The notes beneath the pieces are model-generated. The model saw only the letters and a program-made list of their open reading frames with translations, did not search any database and was not told the origin of the DNA. Shown here in pieces: positions 1 to 10,110 of a DNA stretch of 64,000 bases. Where the stretch lies: the NCBI RefSeq assembly GCF_003334305.1, contig NZ_QOWS01000008.1; one strand, given 5' to 3'. Numbering within the stretch: the stretch's first letter is position 1; each line of letters begins with the position of its first letter. The translations under genes were made by a program, and so were the position numbers. This stretch comes from Escherichia coli (GTDB lineage: Bacteria > Pseudomonadota > Gammaproteobacteria > Enterobacterales > Enterobacteriaceae).

Positions 1-52
1 GCGTGACGCCGTTAAACATCTGCTGCAAGAAATATAAAAACTGCTCAGACAT
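1..52 (-). CDS. livH: Branched-chain amino acid ABC transporter permease LivH, N-terminal 17 codons only (gene runs off the window start)
   Basis: Reverse complement of 1..52 reads ATG TCT GAG CAG TTT TTA TAT TTC TTG CAG CAG ATG TTT AAC GGC GTC ACG = MSEQFLYFLQQMFNGVT, matching the LivH N-terminus as remembered; sits directly downstream of livK as in the livKHMGF operon. Confidence 0.6.
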   Translation of the reverse strand, partial: MSEQFLYFLQQMFNGVT

Positions 53-99
53 AAGGTAACCTTTCTAAACCCGCCCGTTTTTCACGGGCGGTGGGATGA

Positions 100-1209
100 T
101 CACTTGGCTGCCGTGGATGAACCGTCGGCGTGCCACTGGAAGACACCAAAATCAAATCCCTTAAGATCGCCTTTTTCATCCCAGTTCAGCGGCCCAATCA
201 CGGTGTTTGCACCGTTTGCTTTTAAATCTTTCACCAGCGCCAGCGGCTCATCGCTGCCGGTACGCTCAAGGGCTGTTGCCAGAGATTGCACCGCCGCGTA
301 AGTGATCCAGACATAAGGCCCGGACGGATCTTTCTTGTCTGCTTTCAGCGCATCAACGATGCCCTGGTTTGCCGGATCCTGGTCATAGCGTTTTGGCATG
401 GTGACCAACATGCCTTCGGCAGCATCGCCAGCAATATTCGACAGCGACGCATTACCCACACCTTCCGGCCCCATAAACTGGGTTTTCAGGCCAACGGAAC
501 GGGCCTGGCGCAGCATCTGCCCCATTTCCGGGTAGTAACCGCCGTAGTAAACGAAGTCGATGTTTTCTTTTTTCAGGCGGGCGATCAGCGCGGAGAAATC
601 TTTCTCGCCAGCGGTAATGCCGTCGAAGAAAACAACATTGGCGTTAGCCGCTTTCAGCCCGTCCTGCACCGAACGTGCCAGCCCTTCGCCATATTGTTGT
701 TTGTCGTGAATGATGGCGATGCGCTGGGGCTTCACCGTCTCAAGAATGTATTTTGCCGCCGTTGGCCCCTGGGAAGAGTCCAGCCCGGCAGTACGCATAA
801 TGTGTTGATAACCGCGTTGGGTCAGCTCCGGGTTGGTCGCTCCCGGCGAGATCATCAGAATACCTTCGTCTTCATAGATATCTGACGCAGGCTGGGTAGA
901 AGAAGAACACAGATGACCAATAACGTATTTAATGCCGTCATTAACGATTTTGTTGGCGACCGCAACGGCTTGTTTCGGGTCGCAGGCGTCGTCATATTCC
1001 ACGCCAACCAGCTTGTCGCCCTTAATTCCCCCTTTGGCATTAATGTCTTTAATCGCCTGACGCGCGCCGTTAAATTCCATATCACCCCACTGGGCAATCG
1101 GGCCGGACATCGCGCCGACAACGGCGACTTTAATATCGTCAGCCATAGCGGTGTGTGAAATTGCCAGTGCAATCATCCCTGCGATGATAGTTTTCGCATT
1201 CCGTTTCAT
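100..1209 (-). CDS. livK: Leucine-specific periplasmic binding protein LivK
   Basis: Translation [37 protein letters not shown]... (369 aa); start placed at MKRNAKT inside the 387-aa ORF. Confidence 0.93.
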
Positions 1210-1632
1210 AGTCAAAAATCCCCATTCGTGATGTTGTGTTGCTTTGTTTTTATGTGTTAACAAATCAGACTGTTCTTTTTTTATACTGCACTGTTTTTGC
1301 CTGTCTGATTAAGGGTTTAGCGCAGTATTTTGTGATAATAGCGATTAAAATCCCTATTTTTCAGTCGATTAAGAACAGATAATATTCTGAATTTATTGAT
1401 AGATAAACAGAAAAAAGTGCCTTTGTCAGCATAAAATAACGGCACAAAGGGCGGAATAATTCACTACCATTCAGGGGATTATGCTGGGTATTTTTCATTC
1501 TCTAATGTTTTAACTTTGTAATTATTGCTGTTAAAAAATTAATCACCTGCCAAAAGAAATAAAAAAGAGAAAGCCTCCGATTAAATTATTTCGCTACACT
1601 GGTTCCACTTTTGTGATTTACACGGGTTACCC

Positions 1633-2016
1633 ATGAAGCTGACCATCATTCGATTAGAAAACTTTAGCGACCAGGACCGGATTGACCTGCAAAAGATCTG
1701 GCCGGAGTATTCCCCTTCCTCTTTACAGGTTGACGATAACCACCGTATCTACGCCGCGCGTTTTAACGAGCGCCTGCTCGCTGCCGTACGGGTAACCTTA
1801 AGCGGCACCGAGGGAGCACTGGATTCCCTGCGTGTGCGGGAAGTCACCCGACGTCGCGGTGTGGGGCAATATCTGCTGGAAGAGGTTTTGCGTAACAATC
1901 CTGGCGTTTCATGCTGGTGGATGGCGGATGCAGGCGTGGAAGATCGCGGTGTGATGACGGCGTTTATGCAGGCACTGGGATTTACGGCACAGCAGGGCGG
2001 CTGGGAGAAGCGTTAA
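1633..2016 (+). CDS. panM: PanD maturation factor PanM/PanZ (YhhK), GNAT fold
   Basis: 127-aa ORF MKLTIIRLENFSDQDRIDLQKIWPEY... at the conserved position between livK and livJ. Confidence 0.85.
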   Translation: MKLTIIRLENFSDQDRIDLQKIWPEYSPSSLQVDDNHRIYAARFNERLLAAVRVTLSGTEGALDSLRVREVTRRRGVGQYLLEEVLRNNPGVSCWWMADAGVEDRGVMTAFMQALGFTAQQGGWEKR

Positions 2017-2057
2017 TCGTCAAGTTTGATTTCAAAAGTGATGACCAACGAGAAATT

Positions 2058-2157
<100 letters not shown>

Positions 2158-2215
2158 TGAAGCAACGTACTCGATATTAGCAATTTGGCGGCAACCCAAA
2201 GTTGCCGATTAATGA

Positions 2216-3319
2216 TTACTTCGCATCGGTTGCCGTGCCGTTGGCGTGCCAGTCAAATACGCCGAACTCAAAGCCTTTCAGATCGCCTTTCTCATCCCAC
2301 GTCAGCGGCCCCATCACGGTATCAACCGAGTTCGCTTTCAGGTATTTGGCGATTTCAGCCGGATCGTCAGACTGATTCAGGCCCGCCTGCAAAGATTGCA
2401 GCGCGGCGTAGGTGGTCCAGACGAACGCGCCACTTGGATCCTGTTTTTTCGCTTTGATGGCGTCAACAATGGGTTTGTTCGCCGGAACCTGATCGTAGTT
2501 CTTCGGCTTGGTCACCAGCAGCCCTTCCGCTGATTCGCCCGCAATGTTAGACAGCGAAACGTTAGCCACACCTTCCGGCCCCATAAACTGAGTTTTCAGC
2601 CCTGCCGCGCGTGCCTGACGCAGGATTTGCCCCATTTCCGGGTGATAACCGCCGTAGTAAACGAAGTCGATATTCTCTTTTTTCAGACGCGCCACCAGCG
2701 TTGAGAAATCTTTTTCCCCGGCGGTGATACCATCAAAGAACACCACGTTAGCATTGCCTTTCTTCAGGCCGTCCTGCACCGCTCGCGCCAGACCTTCGCC
2801 GTATTGCTGTTTGTCGTGAACGATAGCAATACGCTGCGGTTTCACTTTCTCAAGAATATATTTCGCCGCCGTCGGCCCCTGGTCGGAGTCCAGGCCGGTG
2901 GTGCGCAGGATCAGCTGATAGCCACGGGCGGTCAGCTCCGGCGCGGTTGCCGCTGGGGTGATCATTAAAATGCCTTCGTCTTCGTAGATGTCAGACGCAG
3001 GCTGCGTTGATGAAGAACAGAGGTGACCAATCACATATTTAATGCCGTCGTTAACGACTTTGTTCGCCACCGCAACCGCCTGTTTCGGGTCACAGGCATC
3101 GTCATATTTTACGATTTGCAGTTTGTTGCCTTTAATGCCGCCTTTAGCGTTGATATCCGCAACCGCCTGCTCTGCGCCGGTAAACTCCTGGTCACCGTAC
3201 TGCGCAACCGGACCGGACATTGCGCCCACGACCGCGACTTTAATATCTTCTGCCAGAGCCATATTGCTGAATGCCAGCGCGATACATCCTGCCAGTAACG
3301 CTTTACCCTTTATATTCAT
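2216..3319 (-). CDS. livJ: Leu/Ile/Val periplasmic binding protein LivJ
   Basis: Translation [42 protein letters not shown]... (367 aa); start placed at MNIKGK inside the 386-aa ORF; paralogue of livK. Confidence 0.93.
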   Translation of the reverse strand: MNIKGKALLAGCIALAFSNMALAEDIKVAVVGAMSGPVAQYGDQEFTGAEQAVADINAKGGIKGNKLQIVKYDDACDPKQAVAVANKVVNDGIKYVIGHLCSSSTQPASDIYEDEGILMITPAATAPELTARGYQLILRTTGLDSDQGPTAAKYILEKVKPQRIAIVHDKQQYGEGLARAVQDGLKKGNANVVFFDGITAGEKDFSTLVARLKKENIDFVYYGGYHPEMGQILRQARAAGLKTQFMGPEGVANVSLSNIAGESAEGLLVTKPKNYDQVPANKPIVDAIKAKKQDPSGAFVWTTYAALQSLQAGLNQSDDPAEIAKYLKANSVDTVMGPLTWDEKGDLKGFEFGVFDWHANGTATDAK

Positions 3320-3589
3320 CCTGAGAATCCCCATTCTTCTGGTTATTACGTGTGTTGTGGTGTTGTGATTCAGCACTTTATTTCGTTTTATGCATGACTA
3401 CCCGTGCTTTAGCAGCATACTCTGCTAAAACATACCCCATTTTTATGATATTGGAATAGCTATTTTGACAGTTTATTAACAATCTGCGTGGGGATTGACG
3501 TTTTGCCGGAGGGGGAATTGATTATTGTAGAGGCCCAAAAAACAAAAACCCCGGACTCTCATCCAGGGTTCTCTGCTTAATAGCGGAAA

Positions 3590-4444
3590 TTACGCTTCAA
3601 TAGCGGCGCGAAGTTTTTTCATCGCGTTCTTTTCCAGTTGGCGCACACGTTCAGCGGAAACACCGTAACGGTCAGCCAGTTCCTGCAACGTGGACTTGTT
3701 GTCTTCGTCCAGCCAGCGCGCACGGATGATGTCCTGGCTGCGTTCGTCCAGACCCTGCATCGCGTCGGTCAGACGGTTTGCCGCCTGCTCTTCCCAGTTA
3801 TCATCTTCGATGCCGTCGGCAAAGTTAGATGATTTATCCTGCAGATAGAGCACCGGTGCCATCGGCTGGCTGTCGGAATCGTCGTCGGAAAACAGGTCAA
3901 AGGTCATGTCCTGTGCCGCCATACGTGATTCCATCTCACGTACGTCTTTGCTGGTTACGCCCAGTTCACGGGCCACCATTTCAACTTCATCCTGATTAAA
4001 CCAGCCCAGACGCTGCTTGGTTTTACGCAGGTTGAAGAACAGTTTGCGCTGCGCTTTGGTAGTCGCAACTTTGACGATACGCCAGTTACGCAGAACGTAT
4101 TCGTGGATCTCTGCTTTGATCCAGTGGACGGCGAAGGAGACCAGGCGCACACCCACTTCCGGGTTGAAACGGCGCACTGCTTTCATCAGGCCGATGTTAC
4201 CTTCCTGAATCAAATCCGCCTGTGGCAGGCCATAGCCCGCATAATTACGAGCAATATGAACAACAAACCGCAGGTGAGACAGGATCAGCGTTTTAGCTGC
4301 TTCCAGATCGCCATGGTAATGCAGCTTTTCAGCCAGCGCCCGCTCCTCGTCAGCCGACAACATCGGCCACGCGTTAGCTGCCCGGATGTAGGAATCCAGG
4401 TTGCCAACTGGGGCTAAAGCTAAACTTTGCATTTTGTCAGTCAT
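3590..4444 (-). CDS. rpoH: RNA polymerase heat-shock sigma factor sigma-32
   Basis: 284-aa translation [51 protein letters not shown]... matches RpoH. Confidence 0.97.
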   Translation of the reverse strand: MTDKMQSLALAPVGNLDSYIRAANAWPMLSADEERALAEKLHYHGDLEAAKTLILSHLRFVVHIARNYAGYGLPQADLIQEGNIGLMKAVRRFNPEVGVRLVSFAVHWIKAEIHEYVLRNWRIVKVATTKAQRKLFFNLRKTKQRLGWFNQDEVEMVARELGVTSKDVREMESRMAAQDMTFDLFSDDDSDSQPMAPVLYLQDKSSNFADGIEDDNWEEQAANRLTDAMQGLDERSQDIIRARWLDEDNKSTLQELADRYGVSAERVRQLEKNAMKKLRAAIEA

Positions 4445-4687
4445 TCAAATCCTCTCAATCGATATCTTCTGGCGCTTCAGTGGTAGCAACAACTGTGCCA
4501 GAGCTTAAGAGCAACGAGGTTATCATTCACTGTTTTATCAGACCGTGATTTTATCCACAAGTTCAATGCAAGCTTGTGAATAAATTACGCACAAAATGTG
4601 ACATAGAGATGAAATACCGGGAAGAGACAACGGGATCTCTTTCCCTGCTACGGAACCCATTGCAGGGAAGAGTATAACACGCTTTTA

Positions 4688-5746
4688 TTATTCAGGCGTA
4701 AAGTGGCGTAAATGTTGTACCGTGGCAAGCCACGCTGCCACCCAGCCAATCATCGAGCATACCAGCAGCAATAGCAGGCATTCATCGAACGATAAGCCAT
4801 TGATATCAAACTTCGTTCCGAAAACCTGTGCCACTTCTGCAACCGCCGATGACAAACGCAGTACCAGAATTTCTGACAAAATTAATGACAGCAATGCGCC
4901 AGAAAATCCCAGCAGTGCGCCACCATACAGGAACGGGCGAAGGATGAAACCATCCGTCGCACCAATCAGTTTCTGCACGTTGATGGAGTCACGGCGAGCA
5001 AAGATGCTCAGACGTACGCTGTTGCCGATGACGAGGAACACTGCCGCCACCATCAACACGCCGATCATCGCCGAAACGCGCCCGACCAGCCCGGTCAACG
5101 CCGCCAGACGGGCAAACCAGCTGTCATCCATCCGCACTTCGTCAATGCCGTTAATCTGCGTGATACGATCACGCAGCGTATTGAGTGATTCCGTCCCCTG
5201 AAAATCGAGTTTCGGGATCACCACCGCCACTGCCGGAAGCGGGTTTTCTTCCAGCATATCCAGCGCACCACCAAAACCAGACCAGTTACGGAACTCGCCC
5301 AGTGCGTCTTCACGAGAAAGATAGTTCACTTTCTCCACGCCTTGCTCGGCCTGCAACTGTGCCACCACGCCCGCAGCGGCGTCATCGTCCAGCGTTTTTT
5401 GCAAGTAAACAGTGATTTGCGGTGACGGATAATACTGCGTCGCCGCCTGATTAACGTTTTTGTACACCATATAACAGACGCTGGGCAGCGTCAGGGAGAT
5501 GGCGATAACCATCACCGTTAAAAACGTGGCGAACGGTTTGCTTTTCAGATCCTGCAATGCGCCGTGGAAGGCATAGCGCACCTGTTCGTTGAAAACGTTG
5601 GTTTTACGATTTACCGGTTTTGGCGAGGATTTCGCGCGTTTCGGGGCGTTACGACCGCCGTCGCCAGAGCCGCCGACCGATTTACGGAAGCGATCAAGAC
5701 GCCCGCCAAACTGCCGAATATGATTGATTGCATCGCGCTTATTCAT
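4688..5746 (-). CDS. ftsX: Cell division ABC transporter permease-like protein FtsX
   Basis: Translation [22 protein letters not shown]... (352 aa); start chosen at MNKRD; overlaps ftsE stop by a few nt. Confidence 0.92.
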
Positions 5747-6407
5747 GGCCCACGCCTCCATGCAAGTGACCATCGCTCAGGGTGAGCATGCGATAGGAAC
5801 GCCGTGAAATCAGGTTGATGTCGTGCGTTGCCATCAATACGGTTACCCCAACGCGGTTAAACTCTTCAAACAGACGTAGAATCCCTTCCGACAACGCGTC
5901 GTCCAGGTTACCGGTCGGTTCGTCCGCCAGCAGTACCGCGGGCTTATTCACCACCGCGCGGGCAATGCCAACACGCTGTTGTTCACCGCCGGAAAGCTGA
6001 ATAGGGAAGTTCTTCGCTTTGTCCAGTAGCCCGACTTTATCCAGTGCCGCCGACACCCGGCGACGAATATCGTCACCGCTGGCACCAGCGATAATCAGCG
6101 GGATCGCCACGTTATCGTAGACAGTACGGTCCATCAGTAGATGGTGATCCTGGAAAATCATGCCAATCTGGCGGCGCAGAAACGGAACTTCACGGTTTTT
6201 CAGACGCGTGATGTCATGGCCGCTAAACCAGATTTTCCCGGCGCTGGGCCGCTCAATCCCACAGATCAGCTTCAGGAGGGTACTTTTCCCTGCGCCGGAA
6301 TGACCGGTCAGAAACGCCATCTCACCCGGCTGCATATGGAACGTAACGCCCTGCAGCGCCTGTCTCCCACCGAGATAAGCCTTGCTGACATGTTCAAAGC
6401 GAATCAT
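5739..6407 (-). CDS. ftsE: Cell division ATP-binding protein FtsE
   Basis: 222 aa, Walker [13 protein letters not shown] signature [29 protein letters not shown]... Confidence 0.95.
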
Positions 6408-6409
6408 TG

Positions 6410-7903
6410 TTAATCCTCTCGGGCAAAAAGTGCCTCTATAAAGTCGTCCGCCTTAAACGGACGCAAATCCTCAATACGTTCGCCGACACCAATGTAGCGG
6501 ATAGGGATACCAAACTGGTCAGCCACCGAGAAAATTACCCCGCCTTTCGCCGTGCCGTCCAGTTTCGTTAGCGTGATGCCGGTTAAGCCAACAGCTTCGT
6601 GGAACAGTTTGGCCTGGCTTACCGCGTTCTGCCCGGTGCTGGCATCAATAGTCAGCATAACTTCATGCGGCGCTTCAACGTCGAGTTTCTTCATCACGCG
6701 GACGATTTTCTTCAACTCTTCCATCAGATGCGATTTGTTCTGCAGACGTCCGGCGGTATCGGCAATCAGGACGTCGATATTACGCGCTTTAGCTGCCTGA
6801 ATGGCGTCGAAGATAACAGAGGCGGAATCCGCACCAGTATGCTGGGCAATCACCGGAATATTGTTGCGCTGACCCCAGACCTGAAGCTGTTCAACCGCTG
6901 CTGCACGGAAAGTATCGCCCGCCGCCAGCATCACCGATTTACCCTGCTGCTCAAACTGACGCGCCAGCTTACCAATCGTCGTGGTTTTACCCACACCGTT
7001 GACGCCCACCATCAGGATCACGAACGGCGTTTTACCTTCAACATTCAGCGGCTCATCGACTTTCGCCAGAATCTCGCCCATCTCTTCTTTCAGCAGGCCA
7101 TAGAGCGCCTCGGCATCACGAAGCTGCTTGCGGGATGCGCCTTCCGTCAGATTGGTGATAATTTTACGTGTGGTTTCCACGCCCACATCGGCGATCAACA
7201 GCTGTTCTTCCAGCTCCTCAAACAGATCATCGTCGATTTTTTTACCGCGGAACAGGCTGATAAATCCGGAACCGAGATTTTCTTTGGTTTTTAACAGGCT
7301 GCGTTTCAGGCGCGCGAAGAAACCTTCTTTGGTCGGTTTTTCCTGCTCCTGAGCGATTTCTTCCACCGGCTGCTCTTCTACCGGAGGAACCACCATCACC
7401 GCCTCTTCTGCCGCTTCGGCAGCCAGCGCCTGTGCTTCCAGCTCTTCGTCGGTGATTTCTTCTTTAGCCGCTTCTTCTTCCGCCGCTTCGACAATCTCTA
7501 CGGTTTCCGCTTCAGCCTGCCACTCTTCTGGCGAAACCTCTTCGGCGTTGACGTCTTCCGGCAACGGCAGCTCTTCACGCTCGATAGCCACTGGCTCCGG
7601 CGTTTCTTCTACGACCGGTTCCGGCTGTGCAACGACTTCCGCTTCAGGCTGCGCTTTTTCACTTTCAGCAACCTGTTCAGTGACTTCCACAACGTCGGCA
7701 GCAAAAGTTTCCGCCTCGGCTTCAGTATGCGCCTGCGGCTGCTCTTCGACGGCTTGTTCAGAAGCCTTCACAGGCTCTTGCGCCTGAACGATTTCTTCTA
7801 CAACCGGTTGTTCATTCTGAACTTCTGTCTCTTTTTCCGGGGTCTGCTCTTTTTGACCAAAGCCCAGCCAGGAAAAAAAGCCACGTTTTTTTTCTTTCGC
7901 CAT
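6410..7903 (-). CDS. ftsY: SRP receptor FtsY
   Basis: 497 aa; acidic low-complexity N-terminal domain followed by SRP-GTPase NG domain (GVNGVGKTTTIGKLA, DTAGR). Confidence 0.95.
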   Translation of the reverse strand: MAKEKKRGFFSWLGFGQKEQTPEKETEVQNEQPVVEEIVQAQEPVKASEQAVEEQPQAHTEAEAETFAADVVEVTEQVAESEKAQPEAEVVAQPEPVVEETPEPVAIEREELPLPEDVNAEEVSPEEWQAEAETVEIVEAAEEEAAKEEITDEELEAQALAAEAAEEAVMVVPPVEEQPVEEIAQEQEKPTKEGFFARLKRSLLKTKENLGSGFISLFRGKKIDDDLFEELEEQLLIADVGVETTRKIITNLTEGASRKQLRDAEALYGLLKEEMGEILAKVDEPLNVEGKTPFVILMVGVNGVGKTTTIGKLARQFEQQGKSVMLAAGDTFRAAAVEQLQVWGQRNNIPVIAQHTGADSASVIFDAIQAAKARNIDVLIADTAGRLQNKSHLMEELKKIVRVMKKLDVEAPHEVMLTIDASTGQNAVSQAKLFHEAVGLTGITLTKLDGTAKGGVIFSVADQFGIPIRYIGVGERIEDLRPFKADDFIEALFARED

Positions 7904-8052
7904 TTGCGACTACACTCCTCGCTGTTGCTTCATGGCACAGCGTTAACGCTATGTACATAGCAGCTAAAAAAATGATGAAATAGTCTATCACTTAACTTAA
8001 TTCACATCACCGCCTGCAAGTATGTGTTATCTGGCGGATTGAGCAATTTATC

Positions 8053-8649
8053 ATGAAAAAACCGAATCATTCCGGCAGCGGCCAAATCCGCATTATTGGC
8101 GGGCAGTGGCGAGGCCGTAAACTCCCGGTTCCTGATAGCCCAGGTCTGCGCCCCACCACCGACCGCGTACGCGAAACGTTGTTTAACTGGCTGGCTCCGG
8201 TCATTGTTGACGCCCAATGTCTGGATTGCTTCGCCGGGAGCGGCGCGCTGGGGCTGGAAGCGTTATCGCGCTACGCTGCGGGGGCCACGTTGATTGAGAT
8301 GGATCGCGCAGTTTCTCAGCAGTTAATTAAGAATCTGGCGACACTAAAAGCAGGCAATGCACGCGTGGTGAACAGCAACGCAATGTCATTCCTGGCGCAA
8401 AAAGGCACACCGCATAATATCGTGTTTGTCGATCCACCGTTCCGCCGTGGCTTGTTAGAAGAGACGATAAATTTACTGGAAGATAACGGCTGGCTGGCTG
8501 ACGAAGCCCTGATTTATGTCGAAAGCGAAGTCGAAAACGGTCTGCCCACTGTTCCGGCAAACTGGTCATTACATCGGGAAAAAGTGGCGGGTCAGGTGGC
8601 TTATCGGCTGTATCAACGCGAAGCACAAGGAGAAAGTGATGCTGATTAA
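8053..8649 (+). CDS. rsmD: 16S rRNA m2G966 methyltransferase RsmD
   Basis: 198 aa, MKKPNHSGSGQIRIIGGQWRGRKL..., class I methyltransferase motif FAGSGALGLEALSR, DPPF motif. Confidence 0.92.
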   Translation: MKKPNHSGSGQIRIIGGQWRGRKLPVPDSPGLRPTTDRVRETLFNWLAPVIVDAQCLDCFAGSGALGLEALSRYAAGATLIEMDRAVSQQLIKNLATLKAGNARVVNSNAMSFLAQKGTPHNIVFVDPPFRRGLLEETINLLEDNGWLADEALIYVESEVENGLPTVPANWSLHREKVAGQVAYRLYQREAQGESDAD

Positions 8650-8908
8650 TATTGGTCGTTTGTTAATGCTCTGCGTTTGGGGATTTTTAATCCTCAATCT
8701 GGTGCATCCCTTCCCGCGCCCGCTGAATATTTTCGTTAACGTGGCGCTGATTTTTACCGTGCTGATGCATGGTATGCAACTGGCGCTATTGAAATCCACT
8801 TTACCGAAAGATGGCCCGCAGATGACCACCGCCGAAAAGGTGCGGATTTTCCTTTTCGGCGTGTTTGAACTGCTGGTCTGGCAGAAGAAATTTAAAGTTA
8901 AAAAATAA
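8639..8908 (+). CDS. yhhL: Small inner membrane protein YhhL (DUF1145)
   Basis: 89-aa MLINIGRLLMLCVWGFLILNLV...; ATG overlaps the rsmD 3' end (translational coupling); the 130-aa ORF is an over-extension. Confidence 0.8.
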   Translation: MLINIGRLLMLCVWGFLILNLVHPFPRPLNIFVNVALIFTVLMHGMQLALLKSTLPKDGPQMTTAEKVRIFLFGVFELLVWQKKFKVKK

Positions 8909-8910
8909 CC

Positions 8911-9270
8911 TTATTGTTCGCCTACAAAGCTGACAAAGCGCGTTCCTTTATAGCTCAGCGTACCTTTATCGCCCACTGTCAGGGCGTGGTACTGCTGGGC
9001 GTCGAGGCGAAACGTCTGCTCCATTCCTCCGCTTTGCGGTTTGAAGCTTGCCTCATAGCGCATACTGGTGCCTGCCGGAGTCACTTCCTGCTGGCGCGAA
9101 CGGCGATCGTTAATCGGTTTTTCCCGCTTGTTGCTCACCACCACCAGCTTTTGCTGGAGCGGAGCCATATCATTATCAGCTTTTTCCCGTCGCTGTTGCA
9201 TAAAACGAAACGATGCGGCGACGACAATTAAGCCAATGATAACAATAAAGAAAAGAGGTGGTTTGCTCAT
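8911..9270 (-). CDS. yhhM: YhhM (DUF2500 family)
   Basis: 119-aa ORF with N-terminal TM helix MSKPPLFFIVIIGLIVVAASF... Confidence 0.82.
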   Translation of the reverse strand: MSKPPLFFIVIIGLIVVAASFRFMQQRREKADNDMAPLQQKLVVVSNKREKPINDRRSRQQEVTPAGTSMRYEASFKPQSGGMEQTFRLDAQQYHALTVGDKGTLSYKGTRFVSFVGEQ

Positions 9271-9410
9271 CTTTATCCCTCATCGGAAAATGCGGAAATA
9301 AGCATACCCTGCCAGTTATGGTGTTGTCATCCGTCCACCCTCGCCACTAAACTGGAAGCAAGACCGTAGGCATTCCGCTTACGAAAAAATAACGAATTCA
9401 AGGAACTAAG

Positions 9411-10037
9411 ATGCTTTGGTCGTTTATCGCTGTCTGTCTTTCCGCATGGCTATCTGTGGATGCATCGTATCGTGGGCCAACCTGGCAACGCTGGGTGTTT
9501 AAACCGTTAACCCTTCTTCTCCTGCTGTTACTGGCCTGGCAAGCGCCGATGTTCGACGCCATTAGCTATCTGGTGCTGGCAGGGCTGTGCGCCTCACTGC
9601 TGGGCGATGCGCTAACCCTGTTGCCACGTCAACGTCTGATGTACGCCATCGGCGCGTTTTTCCTCTCGCACCTGCTGTACACCATCTATTTCGCCAGTCA
9701 GATGACGCTCTCTTTCTTCTGGCCTCTGCCACTGGTGTTGCTGGTTCTGGGTGCGCTGCTACTGGCGATTATCTGGACGCGGCTGGAAGAGTACCGTTGG
9801 CCTATCTGCACGTTTATCGGCATGACGCTGGTGATGGTGTGGCTGGCAGGTGAACTGTGGTTCTTCCGTCCGACCGCTCCGGCGCTCTCTGCGTTTGTTG
9901 GCGCTTCGTTGCTGTTTATCAGTAACTTTGTCTGGCTGGGGAGCCACTATCGCCGACGCTTCCGTGCGGATAACGCGATTGCTGCGGCCTGCTACTTTGC
10001 CGGTCACTTCCTCATCGTCCGCTCGCTGTATCTCTGA
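9411..10037 (+). CDS. yhhN: YhhN family inner membrane protein
   Basis: 208-aa polytopic membrane [31 protein letters not shown]... Confidence 0.85.
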
Positions 10038-10043
10038 TAAAAC

Positions 10044-10075
10044 TTGACTCTGGAGTCGACTCCAGAGTGTATCCT
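10044..10075 (+). promoter_or_regulatory. zntA promoter with ZntR (MerR-type) operator
   Basis: -35 TTGACT (10044..10049), perfect 22-bp palindrome ACTCTGGAGTCGACTCCAGAGT (10047..10068), -10 TATCCT (10070..10075); 20-bp spacer typical of MerR-family promoters. Confidence 0.8.
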
Positions 10076-10110
10076 TCGGTTAATGAGAAAAAACTTAACC
10101 GGAGGATGCC

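Noticed and set aside
286-885. 199-aa plus-strand ORF within livK
   Set aside because: Antisense to livK, whose translation matches a known periplasmic binding protein; spurious frame.
7452-7787. 111-aa Ser/Thr/Ala-rich plus-strand ORF
   Set aside because: Lies entirely antisense within the repetitive acidic N-terminal coding region of ftsY; low-complexity artefact of the six-frame translation.
6410-7903. Highly acidic, repetitive Glu/Ala/Gln-rich N-terminal domain of FtsY as a possible novelty
   Set aside because: This is the known A-domain of E. coli FtsY and not a new feature.
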